DNA from: a virus
DNA: 64,000 bases
Reading direction: 5' to 3' (one strand)
Virus record (IMG/VR): IMGVR_UViG_3300020045_011333
Span: 1-64,000 of that record
Part shown: in pieces, positions 10,255-22,029 of the stretch
How the letters are laid out: each line of letters begins with the position of its first letter
Numbering within the stretch: position 1 is the first letter of the stretch
Made by a program: the position numbers and the translations under genes
The notes under the pieces: model-generated
The model's database searches: none
Seen by the model: the letters and a program-made list of their open reading frames with translations, nothing else
Told to the model about the DNA's origin: nothing

Positions 10255-12426
10255 GTAAATTTTGAAGATATGCGCAATACATTGGCTCTGAAGTGTGTCG
10301 TTACATCTGATCAAATTGATATGGAACGTCGTTCAGATCGCGCCGCTAATCCTCATAACGATGACTACAAACGACCTATTAGAAGTGAAGCTGAAGTAGT
10401 TTCAGATCGTAGTTATGCCTTCGCTGATGATTTTTTGAAGCGTCAATATGGCGAGAAGTATCAGGTTTGGCTTCAGCTTAATACTTTCAAAGACCATTAC
10501 AGACCTGAACTACGTCGAATGTCGGTAAGATGAGTAGCAAATATTTCAGTTGTGCCGATTTTCTTCAGATAGAAGCAGGAGTATATCAAGAAGATGAAAG
10601 TGGCACTGGTGCAAAACTAGTTAAAACTTTCTCAGGTGAGGGTTGCCTTAATAGGGCTGAGGAATACGTCAAAGAATTAATTAAAGGAGATTATCATGAA
10701 CATGAAATCTATATTAAAGAAGCTAGAACGTGAACGGGACAAGATTTCTACTAATCGAGATTCACTCCGCGATCTTCAGGATGAAGTTAACGCCCTGTTT
10801 GAGAGTTGCGAAGAGGGTTTGACAAGTCTTGATAATGCTATTGATCAACTTTCACAGTTGGCTTAAAGGAGAACGTTATGAAGACTTTATCCAAAACTGT
10901 AACAACTACAATAGAAGTGGAATCAACTCCTATTGTAGGATCAGATAAATTCGTAATTGTCCATATTAAAACTCCATATTTTAATACTAATGAAATGCCG
11001 ATTCGTGTGATGCTGGCCCAAGATTTTCATAATGCTAAAAGTCCTGATGATATTAAAAATTATAAATTTCAGATGCCTCATCAAATTGATACTGACTATA
11101 GTTCTTATTTTGTTCCTGTCTCTTTTGAAACTTTAAATGCGATTAAAGCAGGTAATTATGGATGGTATGATGTCCATGACGATTATCTCCCTGATTTTGA
11201 TACTGGCAATTTTGAAGTTATTGGAGTAAGCCCGTCAGATACTACATTTTGTGACATAGATGGTAAATATATTAATCGCCCAATAATTGATAGTTTTCTG
11301 AATAAATATTATGATATTTATGCTATAGAGAAAAATGAAAAAGATATCCTGATCCCTGAAAACAAGTGGACCGAGAATTTTATTTATTATGTTCCCGGAA
11401 ATGGTCATACTATTAATCTTGGTATTAGGTTGAAAGATGAACAGTACGCAGAGTATCTTAAATTGGATTGGTATGAGAAATCCAAATATTTGATAGAAAA
11501 TACTGTATTAGGTAAATACAAGCGAGAAAATCGGGTTGATGAAGACAACGAAGATTAAGAAATATCATAACGTGGTTCGTGGTCTTCGTGGCGCAATCAC
11601 TTTGGCTCGTAAAAATCAAATGGCTATTGAGCATGATATTGCTTTAGGTCATCCGTTTCAACATCGCCTAAAAATTGGCCAAGAAAGATTGCATCACTTG
11701 GAACAAAAATTTATTCACTTGACTGGTGATACGTATGATGGCTATATAAATAATTAGGAAATTGATATGTTACTATTCTTCTTAAGCTTAGCACTTATTT
11801 CAATAATTATGGTTTTCATAATAATGTTTACAGATTTAATAAAATCTAAACATAATACAATAATTGTATTATTTTTATTATCTTTGTTTTACACTTTTGG
11901 AATGGCTAGTGCTACAATTTGGATAAAAGGATTATCGTGAGCAGAGAATATAAAATATTGGCAGCTACATATTATCTGGTATGTTTCTCTAAACAAGTTA
12001 ATGGTGTTAATCTTATGGTCTGGGTCAATCCAGAACAAACATTGGGGATGTGAGATATGAATAAGTGGTACAGTGGTGCAGGTAATTTTTATAATGGTTA
12101 TGAGCAGAGTAAGGTTGATTACGTTCTACTAAAACTTTTCACTCATATGAAATTTGATAGCACTAAAGAAGAATATTTTTATTGGGTCAAAGAATGGAAG
12201 AACGTTAATAAATCTATTTCTAAACAGATCAAGAATCTTCGCTATGAAATTAAGACTTATTACAATTGGAACAATGTTCATCCAGATAAAATTGCGATGG
12301 CTCAAGTCACACAGCGTCAACGTGAAAAGGCAAGACTTATTCGTGCCATGAATACATTGTACGACATGAGGCGTATGTCTAAGATTATGGCTAAGATTTC
12401 TGCTGAAAATACTTACGCTAGACTAA

Positions 12427-12807
12427 ATGACCAGAATTAACTGCGTCCCTCCTACTATTTTAACCGTTAAACATCTCGTGGCAGAATATAGAGAACTGCC
12501 GCGAGTTTTTGGTTTAGTAAGGCAGGCTCAAGAAAAAGGCCTTGTCGTTTCTGATATTGACATTCCTTCTAATTATGTATTAGGTAAGGGTCATGTTAAA
12601 TTTTTCTACAACAAACTTTTATATCTACTTGATAGACAAATTTCTTTAATAAATGAAATGAAATCAAGGGGTTACAATCCTTTTCATGACAAGCCAGATG
12701 GTTTGATAGAAGGTTTGGATCGAATGTGGCTCAATAATTGGTTGCCGAATGAATCAGATCATGCTATAAACATGGCAAGACTAATTGAAAGAGGTCATAA
12801 TGGCTGA
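12427..12807 (+). CDS. denV: pyrimidine dimer DNA glycosylase / endonuclease V
   Basis: MTRINCVPP...HLVAEYRELPRVF...YVLGKGHVKFFYNKL matches T4 DenV hallmark motifs. Confidence 0.92.
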   Translation: MTRINCVPPTILTVKHLVAEYRELPRVFGLVRQAQEKGLVVSDIDIPSNYVLGKGHVKFFYNKLLYLLDRQISLINEMKSRGYNPFHDKPDGLIEGLDRMWLNNWLPNESDHAINMARLIERGHNG

Positions 12808-12864
12808 TTTTGTGGTCATTAAAGCAAAAAGAGGGTGTAATGACTGATTTTGTGATCATTAAAG
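12791..12864 (+). repeat. imperfect 40-bp-period duplication of a gene start
   Basis: ATGGCTGATTTTGTGGTCATTAAAG (12800) vs ATGACTGATTTTGTGATCATTAAAG (12840), each preceded by GAGG. Confidence 0.85.
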
Positions 12865-14174
12865 TAGGAAATACTCATCACGGCGATTTGGTTCCGGGTA
12901 TGCTATTGACTATTAAAGCTGAAGATTGTAGCATTGATCGTAGCACAGGACAATGTTATTTCCCAAATCCTTTGACGGATAGAGGAATAAGTGGGGGTAA
13001 AGTTGTTAAGTATATTACATTGGAAGAGGGGGATTTTGAAGAATGATTAAACCTGTCCATGTCGGTCGCCGTAAGCCGTTCCACCCCACTCCTTGGTATT
13101 TAAGAATTTTTAATTATCTGCCTTATCGACGCAAAGAAAGAGTTCGTTCTCTCATTATATTTGATAAAGAAATTTGGGTTTATTACGATGAAGCAGAAAA
13201 AATTTCATTAGAAATTGAAGAGGATGAAAGAGCTAAGCGTTATGGTTGGAAGTAATCATTTAAGAGGAATACTATAAATATATCTTGACATTGGTCTTTC
13301 CATGTAATAATTTGCAAGGACAATAATTAAAGGAGAAATTAATGTCTAATTTTATAGTTTATTATTTACTTGTTTGGGTTATACCTTCTTTAATTTTTAA
13401 TTATAATTTAATGAAAATAGATAAATTATCTATTCATAATGAATGGAAAAGTTTAACTAACCAACCAAAAGTTAATTCTTTTGACTCTTTCGATTGGTTT
13501 ACTCTATTTTTCTTTTCTTTTGTTTTTGGACTTCTTGGCTGTATAATAGGATGCATCATGAGCGCACTTTGGTTTAAGGATTGGGATAGATTTGGTCTAT
13601 TTAAATAGAAAGGATAATAAAATGTACACCTATCGTGGTATTGAATTTTTCGTTCCTACTAAAGTAGTTGATGGCTATGAATCAGTTCTCTATTCTCCTA
13701 CAGAAGCCCGAATCAAAAATCTGATTGACATGGCAGCTTCACTTAGGAAAGCACCACCACCTAAATTTGATATGACTAATTATTGCGATTTTGATTATTC
13801 TACTAATGTAGAAGAAAAAATTAGAGTTTTGGGTTTTAAAGATGAAAACCTTAATCCTGCTCAATTTTTTAATTCAAAAACAGCTCTTGAAAATAGTTGT
13901 GGCACAAGTGCTTGCGCCATTGGTACAGCGGCATGGAACGGAATTGGAAAACCACATCTTTACGATGATTGGGAAGTATACGCCTATAAAGCTTTTGGCC
14001 TAGGTGAAGGAGAAATTTGGTCATTTATTTTTGATATGGTGTGGTATTATTATGACAATACTTCTGAAGGCGCTGCGGCTCGAATTCTTAAATTAGTAAT
14101 TGATGGTCCACGCAAAATTGACTATTATACTAGGTCCGATAATCAATATAAAGAATTTAAGGAAGTTAAGATAA

Positions 14175-14546
14175 GTGATCTTTGAAACTCTAATAATCTG
14201 TGCCAGCCTATTCGTTGTAGATGGTGATACAGTTAAATGTTCAACAACGAAACAAAATCTTCGTTTACTAGGCGGTGGAATAGTTGGTGTATCAGGCATA
14301 GACGCTCCTGAGAAAGGATCTAGGGCTAAGTGCCACAGAGAGAGCCAATTATCAGAAAACGCTTCTAGCAGGCTGTCTCAACTACTCGCGCAAGGTATTA
14401 CTAGGATTGAGGCTAAAGGTATTGATAATTTTGGCCGTCCACTTGTCAATATTTATATGACAAGTGGATCAGAGGTGGGTCAAATCCTGTTAAAAGAAGG
14501 ACTGGTTAAGCCTTGGGTTAGAGGTAAACGGAATAATTGGTGTTGA
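14175..14546 (+). CDS. thermonuclease (SNase-like) family protein
   Basis: VVDGDTV, RLLG...GIDAPE, DNFGRPLV, GQILLKEGLV motifs. Confidence 0.85.
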   Translation: MIFETLIICASLFVVDGDTVKCSTTKQNLRLLGGGIVGVSGIDAPEKGSRAKCHRESQLSENASSRLSQLLAQGITRIEAKGIDNFGRPLVNIYMTSGSEVGQILLKEGLVKPWVRGKRNNWC

Positions 14547-17500
14547 CATGGTAGTTCAGATGTAATAAAACGTAATTCATCATTTCAAACAAGGAGAAAA
14601 TAATGTCTAAGGTAATTGGCAAGGGAATTTTTGCATGGGATGGTTCGGAGCGTCGTTCTGATCGTTATGGTTCTTTTACCTTGGATAAGGTGGGTTACGA
14701 CGATAACGGTTATTGTCCTGATGCGTCTTGGACCTTAGGTCAAAGCCTCTCATCTCTTACCGGTAAATATGTAAAGATTAAAGTAGAAATTATAGAGTCT
14801 CGCGATAGTGGTCATATAGGTGATTTGAGTCGTGGAATTTATCCAACTCGTCCAGAAGTTGGTGAAAAAATTATACTAGGAATTGGTGAATTTTTTGCTT
14901 CAGAAGAAAATTGGAGCGCTTCTGGTTTTTCTGTTGGTGTTAAACCGAGTGATGGAAGAATGTCGGATTGGTTCGAACCTGAAAAACTCTATAGACTTCA
15001 TGACCAAACCGTGCTAGTAACTATTTCAGAAACTAAGGAAGCAGAACTTCCAACTAAAGTAAAACTAGAGGAAAAGACTGAAGATTTTAGTGCTTCAATC
15101 ATTTTTAGTAATGATGATAAAGGTGGTTTTTATCAATTTAAGCGTGGATAATTAAAGGAGAAAATTTGATATGGACTTTTATTCTCTTAATGTAGCTAAG
15201 AACGATCTTCCTAAAACAGGTTATGCCAAACTTTATTTTAAACATGTTGGTGATAAAGGTACAGAATATTATGATCTGAGTGGGGATAATATTTCTGTTT
15301 CTAAGTTTGAAAATTGGTGTTATAATGAGTTCGGTTATCTTCATTACGTAATTAGTTATCATTAAGGAGAAATAACATGAACGCCGTGGATCAAATTCGT
15401 TATAACATGCTTCGTTATACCAGTATTTTTAATCATCCTATCGATACTATTTATCACATGATGTTATGTAACGGTAATGTTATGAATGGAGTGAATCGGG
15501 TGAGCTAGTTACTTGGTACAGTCCAGATAAAGAATACAAATTCTCCAAAGACTTTCCGCTGCAAGCGGCGCAAGAAAACTTTGTTCACGCCAATATTGAT
15601 CTTCTTATGAATGATTTGAGTGGAATTCATGGTGGTGGATCGATTATTAGCCAATTGACTCATGTATATCATGGTAATTCTATATTTGAAACCGTGCCAG
15701 AAAATGTTAGTAATGGTTGGAATGTTGTTGTGGATCAAGTTTATGACGAAATAAAAAGATTCCTTTCTCCTAGAGCCGGGAATCAAGTTTATTATCCTTA
15801 TCAATATAATTCGGCTCTTAAAATTATTAGTAACTTTGAAGATACAAATTATTATAAGAACGTGCTTAGGCCGAAACAGGAAAGAATGGCTGTGGCATAC
15901 CGTGCCGTGATAGAAAAGTTGAGGGAGAAGTAATATGCGTCCTAATAAGTTTCGTTCCGAGGTATACAAAGCTATTCATCATCGCGTCGTAACAGGTAGT
16001 AATTCCCGTTTTACACCATATTTAATTCGTGCCATGGAAAATGAGTATAAAAAGCTTGTCGTGATAGAAGACGATTATCGTGTCGGAACAGAAACTTATA
16101 GTTATTTAAATAAAGAAACTATCGAAGCTGATTTGTTTTACATTAATGATCGTTGGAATTGTGCCTTCCGTCTTCGTTGGCTATTGGATGGTCTTAGAGA
16201 AGGAAAAATTTAAATGACAACCAGACTTGAAGACTGTTTCACTCCTGAAGGTAATTTGAAATTTGATCCTTATCGTTGTGATAGAGAAGATCATAGATAT
16301 CAAATTCTGTTCAATGAAAACGATAATTTGAATGATCTACAAGCTTTGAAGAAACTTATTGAGAAGAAGAAATGGACTTGGGATAGTGTTGCTGTTGGTC
16401 TTTATCATGCTGATATCTTTGCTATGGGTACTAAAAATAATTATTCCACTATCTATTATTTTCGTTGACAATCTCTTTGAGTTGTAATAATTTGGGATAA
16501 GAATTATTAGTAAAGGAGATTTTGATGTATATCATTACGTGGTGGCAAAAAGATGGTAATATTGAATCTAGGCATATCGCGGAATGCAGTGATAGAGAAT
16601 CGATGCTAGATATTTTTAATAATCTTCTTGAAGACATTCATCCTTCTAAGATTAAGATATTTGAGGCGGTAGAAAAGACTATTACTGTTGCGGTGGAGGA
16701 ATAATAGTGAAACTCATTAAATACTCCGTTCCGGGATGGATCAAGGAAGTTAGCTCTGAGATAGAAGCCGCTACAGAACTTTGGCCACATATTTGTGGCA
16801 TGTGCCGAAAAATATCTGAATCTCAAGGGGATGAAGAAGAATGGGATAGCCAAATTCCTGCGACAGAAGGTGATTTGAACTCAATGCTTGGTTCTGCTTG
16901 TGGTTGTGAATATGGCGTTGAATACGATAGGGATGAAGCTATGAATCGTCTCAGAACGGCTATTGAGACTTTAATAGATAATGATGATATAAACTATCGT
17001 GAATTAAAATATGCTTATCATGATGCACTTAACGCAAATTGTTTCCCTGATTTTGGAGAAGAAATAGATGATTCGTGATCCTTCTCAAATCAATCAAGCC
17101 TTTCTTGATAAAGTAAAATTTATTGAAGATACTACCTCTGCAAAAGATTTTTTCACTTATTTTGAGATGCAAGTCGGACCTAAGGATGCTGAAACAATCA
17201 TTAAACAAATGGAGGCATTTTTTACCTCTGGATATTATCAAGCTGTGAGAGATATTACAAGTATTGATCTACTACTTAAGTAGTACTTTACCTATCTTTC
17301 AATTGTGTTATCATTATGACGTATAGTGATCCTAATTAAAGGAGTATCTAATATGTCTGATATTTATGGTACAGTGGAATATTTGCTTTGGAAAGTTGAA
17401 ACAGAATTGGGTCCAGACTTTAGTGTTGCTCTTTTTACTAATGGTTATGGGAGTAGAGGCGGGGACAAAATTCGATCAAGTTATGCTATGATAATGAGAA

Positions 17501-18563
17501 GACCATTTGAAAAATATCCAGTTATGTGGAGCAAAGGTAGAGGTGAGACAGTTCATCAAGCTTTGAATGAGGCGGTGGAGCAAGGTATTATCAGACTGAA
17601 ACAGGAAAGGGAGAAAGAGTATCATGAATAAACGTGTGGAGATAACTGAGAAAACCTTATTTCCTTTTACAGTTCGTGGGCGAGATTCAGGAGGGATATT
17701 TAGCCTAGTCAAAGAATTCTTGAAAGTCAAACCTCATGATCTTAACTGGTATAGTTTTGATGTGGTGATCAGGTCTTCCACTGAAATAACTTTTATTGTC
17801 TACGACATGGCTCGTGGCAGTTATGGTGAAAAACTTTATTCAAAAGAACTTGAAGATGGAAAAAGAGGTAGGGAAATAAGCCGTTACGATGCTGAAGTGC
17901 CTAATTCCGTTACAGCTATATACACAGCAGAAAAATTAGTAGCCATGGCTGTGGATCGACGTATGATGGAACTTGCTTACGCTGAAGAACTTATCGTATT
18001 GCAATACGTAGAAGAATTGAAGGAGAAGTTCCTATAATGCCATTGGGAAGAGGATACGTACAGTCTTAGCATCTTACATCATCCCGAGAATGGTAGGGAT
18101 GGTGTAAAAGGTTTCAAGTGTGCTGGCTGTGGCTCAAATATAGTAGTAGAGAGGTGGTAATGTATGAATAGACAAGAAATGTTCGACAAAGCATGGGCCG
18201 GGGCAGAGTCTAAGAATTGGGTCAAGTCTTCTAAGAAGACTGTTATAGAATTGGATTTTTGCTACTATCGTCATCCAGATGATGCCATGATCCGTTGTAA
18301 CGCAGGATGGCTCATTCCTGATGAATTGTATGACGCTAACTTTGAGGGTAAACGTTTTACTAGTGAATTTTTTGATAATGTCATGAGACATCTAGAGATA
18401 GATTCTATTTTTGATTCTGTATTTGTACAATCCTTACAATCCGCACATGATAATTCAAGTGGCGGTGAGGATCATCGTAACAAAATGCTTGATTTAGCGC
18501 ATGAATATGCACTTATTGTCCCATCTTCAAATTACGATCAGTTAGAAACAAAAGATACTGAAA

Positions 18564-18902
18564 ATGAGTGAACGTTTTCAAGAAATCTACGATAAAGTAG
18601 GGCGCGGCCTAGAATCTCAAAACTTTGAGAAATCAGCCGATGGTCTGATGTTTCGTAACGAGGATTTAAAGTTTTTAGAACATCCGGTTAAAAGTCCTGT
18701 TGTGGTAGAAACAGTTGTTAAAGTTGTGCCGGGTATTTATGGTAAAATTGAAGTTTATCAGTCTGATAATGAAATTAGTTTAGCTATTGTAACTAGTTAT
18801 CCAAATGCTACTACTAATTTTGAAAAATTTACAGCCGATGAACTAAGGGCTGCGGCAAAAACTTTTAACGATCTTGCGTCTTATTTATCTTCAAGATATT
18901 GA
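18564..18902 (+). CDS. modular hypothetical protein, paralog family A
   Basis: SPVVVETVVKVVPGIYGKIEV...TADELRAAAKTFNDLASYLSS module. Confidence 0.6.
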   Translation: MSERFQEIYDKVGRGLESQNFEKSADGLMFRNEDLKFLEHPVKSPVVVETVVKVVPGIYGKIEVYQSDNEISLAIVTSYPNATTNFEKFTADELRAAAKTFNDLASYLSSRY

Positions 18903-18956
18903 CATTTCTACTAAGATTTAGTAATCTATTGATATAAATTTTTGTAGGAGATTATT

Positions 18957-19232
18957 ATGACAAACTTTATTCACACCAATACGACTCAGCGTGACAAAGA
19001 AATGCTGTTTGCCGATTGGGATAATAATCTAGCTGATGAAGTTTTTGTTGACATTACTAGTGAGACTAAGCTAGAAGATATAGTTGTGGATCATCTGAAG
19101 AAATTTCCTAGCAAGTCTCAGGCAAGAAAAAATAATTGGGGCGGGGAAATCCCGATGGGATTTAGGCAGTGGAAGATAGGTAAAATTTTCTTTTGGACTT
19201 TCAAACCTTTGAGTGATTTGGAACATAATTAA
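18957..19232 (+). CDS. small protein with S4-like RNA-binding motif
   Basis: LEDIVVDHLKKFPSKSQARKN resembles the S4/TyrRS C-terminal motif. Confidence 0.4.
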   Translation: MTNFIHTNTTQRDKEMLFADWDNNLADEVFVDITSETKLEDIVVDHLKKFPSKSQARKNNWGGEIPMGFRQWKIGKIFFWTFKPLSDLEHN

Positions 19233-19553
19233 TGGCTAGATATTTTAAATGTATCAAGGCATGGCAATCTGAAAGATTTCCTGAACTTAGGTCTGGTGAA
19301 TTAGGTATGATCTATGAACTACAAGAGCCGGATGGGATTTATCGTTCGCCGTTATGGTCCGAAGATTCACCTTATTACATAAAGCTTATTGGCTTAGAAG
19401 AAGATGAAATTTTTATTAAATCAGGACTTCGTGGTTATTTAAATAGTGAAAGATTTGTAGAAGTATTTCCTAGTGAGGGTGCAGATATTTTTTATGAAAT
19501 CATTGACTAAAAGTCTTTAATATTATATTCTCTGTGTTAATAATTAATACATG

Positions 19554-19569
19554 GTCCCCGTTAGGGGTT
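19554..19569 (+). repeat. dispersed hairpin motif GTCCCCGTTAGGGGTT, copy 2 (in a 5' UTR)
   Basis: Lies between promoter TTGACT 19503 and RBS AGGAGG of the ATG at 19584. Confidence 0.9.
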
Positions 19570-20178
19570 TTAGGAGGCTAGTAATGAAACTATTCCATTG
19601 GTACAGTGACACGCTTAAACAATATATGTCGGGTCATATCATTGTTATGGCTAAGACAATTGAGGAAGCTAGGGATGTTGCATGTATTGAATTTGAGCTA
19701 TGGGCCAGACGTGAAGATTCTCATTTCACATGGATTTTTTGGAACGGTGAATTTTTTGACGAAGGTAGTCAAGATGAATGGTTCGAGATTATTACAAAAT
19801 TTAAGAATGATATCGAAAAAGAACCAATTGACAATGATGGCGCTATCTTTATAATGGGATCAGAATAGAGTTTAATACTTTTCCTCTCTGGAAGAGAAGA
19901 ATAGTAAAGGAGAATGATTTAATGGACGACCGTAGCTCTGCCTTTTCTGATTTTGCTAATGGCTTCCATCATGGTTATATAAAGCCTTGGAAAGCTGCTT
20001 CAATGCTTATGACACTGGATCAAATTCCAGCGATTAAAGAAGATCGCGATAGAATGATTAAGTATGTCAGTAATTGTCTTGAGATGGAAGGTTTTGAACC
20101 TGAAACTTGTGTCATTATTGCAGATTATTTGATTGACGGTCAGGTTTAAATGTGTTAAGTTATAGATATAAAATAAAA

Positions 20179-20473
20179 GAACCCTTGGCGAAATTGGTAA
20201 ACGCGAGAGACTTATAGAAAAATTGAGTGCACGAAATGAAAGTTTTGATGTAGAACTGCTCAAATTCGGTGAAGGCTTTAACCTGCTAATACCGAGCCAA
20301 GCTTAGGGCAAAAGTTCTTTGAAGGTGTAGAGACTAGACGGGCAGGACCTAAAGCTTTAAGCAAAGGTCAAGGTATAGTCCAGACCACAAAACGTTAAAT
20401 CGGTGGCTAAAGCTATAGTGGTACGAAAATCTCTTTCTTCGGATTGTCGGTTCGATTCCGACAGGGTTCACCA
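20179..20473 (+). tRNA. trnL: tRNA-Leu(UAA) interrupted by a group I intron
   Basis: Acceptor GAACCCT/AGGGTTC+A+CCA; joining exons gives anticodon arm AGAGA-CTTAAAA-TCTCT; long variable arm; T-loop TTCGATT. Confidence 0.92.
20214..20425 (+). mobile_element. group I intron (212 nt, no ORF) in the tRNA-Leu anticodon
   Basis: Inserted after the U of UAA and ends in G; core elements CTCAAATTCGGTGAA, AATACCGAGCCAA, GTAGAGACTAGACGG, GGTATAGTCCA resemble cyanobacterial/plastid trnL introns. Confidence 0.9.
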
Positions 20474-20475
20474 TT

Positions 20476-21459
20476 TTATTTTTTCTTTTTATTTCTAAAA
20501 TTATCAGTTAAGGAGTGACAATTAGCACACAAAAGTTGTAAATTTTCAACTTGGTTATTAAGTCTGTTACCATCAATATGATGTAATTCTATTGGAATCG
20601 GAAATCCATACCATTCAGAAAGATTACATGGGCCTTCGCACTTATGTCCTCTATCTGTAGTGAGATGTTTTCTTACATGATGATTATTACTATATTTGGA
20701 CCAATCTTTTAATTGTGCTCCTTTTGTCCAAGCAGAGCCAGTCCAATGAGAAGTATCCACTTTTAGTCTGTGAAGATTTCTTTTCATGTTATCAAAATTA
20801 CCACCAGCTTCTCTAAGACCTAAACTTCTTAATAAGCCTGAAATAGAAAATACGTGTTTGGAATTTTCAATAATATCTTCATCTGTGTAATTTTTATAAT
20901 TAAAAATTTTTGCTCTATTAGATTTATCTACTTTTTTACAATCTAAAGATTTACAAATATTGTTTTGATCCAATAAGCCTTTTCTAATTTTAATATCGGC
21001 GTTACAAATGTAGCAATTTGAATTAGTAATTAATAATCTATCTGACTTAGGTTTAATTGGACGTTTTGTTTCAGGTTTTTTATATCCTTCCCATCTTTTG
21101 GCAGCTAAATATTTAGCGCTATCCTGTTTAATGGCTGCTTGCCTTAATTTTTCTTTTGTCCCTTCTGATTTTGGTCTACCATTAGCACAAGTTCTAGAAC
21201 AGAATACACCTTGTTTAAAATGTTTTTCATTGCATTTCGGACAAAATTTTTCTATAATTTCTTTAACAAAAGAAAAATCTATATTTAAATCCTCTAATAT
21301 TCCATTAATTTTAGGTCTTACTCTTCCAACATATTTAGTACCAAGAATTTCTGCAAACTCCCTTTTCGATTTACAATTTTTGGCAATATTAATTAATTCT
21401 TCTACTGTATAATTTTTCTTATGAAATTTATAAATTTTTATTTCTTGGCATTCAAACAT
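20476..21459 (-). CDS. free-standing HNH endonuclease with Zn-finger and NUMOD3-like segments
   Basis: C-terminal IELHHIDGNRLNNQVENLQLLCANCH; CPKC...FCSRTC; RPKSEGTKEKLRQAA. Confidence 0.9.
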   Translation of the reverse strand: MFECQEIKIYKFHKKNYTVEELINIAKNCKSKREFAEILGTKYVGRVRPKINGILEDLNIDFSFVKEIIEKFCPKCNEKHFKQGVFCSRTCANGRPKSEGTKEKLRQAAIKQDSAKYLAAKRWEGYKKPETKRPIKPKSDRLLITNSNCYICNADIKIRKGLLDQNNICKSLDCKKVDKSNRAKIFNYKNYTDEDIIENSKHVFSISGLLRSLGLREAGGNFDNMKRNLHRLKVDTSHWTGSAWTKGAQLKDWSKYSNNHHVRKHLTTDRGHKCEGPCNLSEWYGFPIPIELHHIDGNRLNNQVENLQLLCANCHSLTDNFRNKKKK

Positions 21460-21603
21460 AAATAGGTTCTCTTATTATTAATTGAACCTATATTATCACA
21501 AAATATTGAAAAAGTCAAGATATTAAGCCTTTATCCAAAATAGTTGGATTTACTTGTTGACAAATGAAGTTGTATGCGTTACAAGTAAATAATAGAAAAC
21601 AAA

Positions 21604-21694
21604 TTTTCTGTCCTAGTATGTGGGTGTGAAACACCTGAGCGCAATGCAACAGAGAATAAGAGTTGATAAGATAGTGCTAGGAATTCTTATCAAC
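21604..21694 (+). promoter_or_regulatory. candidate structured leader RNA with pseudoknot
   Basis: TTCTGT/ACAGAG, GGTGT-GAA-ACACC, 10-bp GTTGATAAGA/TCTTATCAAC, loop-loop CCTAGTA(21612)/TGCTAGG(21675). Confidence 0.55.
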
Positions 21695-21718
21695 GAAATT
21701 ATTAAAGGAGAAGGTGTA

Positions 21719-22017
21719 ATGGATATTTCTGAAATGTCTTATATGAAAGAATCTTATGACGCAGCGGATGATACATTGAACGTCTAAAGATTGTTGGCTA
21801 TGATTATACACCATATCGTGAAGAAATTGCTAGGGCTTATGACGATGGAATTTTTGAGGGTAATTGGGATTGGACCACAGATATTGATGTTGAAGGTGTG
21901 AGAGAGCTTCGCTTGATTCAAGAAGATGAGTATGATCAACACATGGACGATGATGATAGTAAGCCTGAATGGGAAGATATGCTGGTTCAAGCCGAAGCAT
22001 ATGTTTGGTTTGCATAA
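21719..22017 (+). pseudogene. frameshifted very acidic 99-aa ORF
   Basis: RBS AAGGAG and ATG 21719; frame stops after 22 codons, but a -1 shift at GATGATAC (21767-21774) opens 81 more codons to TAA 22015. Confidence 0.55.
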
Positions 22018-22029
22018 TTAAAGTTTGTT

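Larger units (their letters stand above)
6390..12440 (+). other. run of small hypothetical phage ORFs
   Basis: Dense co-oriented ORFs from the track (e.g. 8196-8594, 8591-9067, 9274-9786, 9824-10258, 10878-11558, 12057-12440) with SD sites. Confidence 0.65.
14603..20149 (+). other. run of small hypothetical ORFs with interspersed sigma70-like promoters
   Basis: TTGACA/T-N17-TAATAA-type promoters at about 14544, 16465, 18899, 19503; co-oriented ORFs. Confidence 0.6.
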
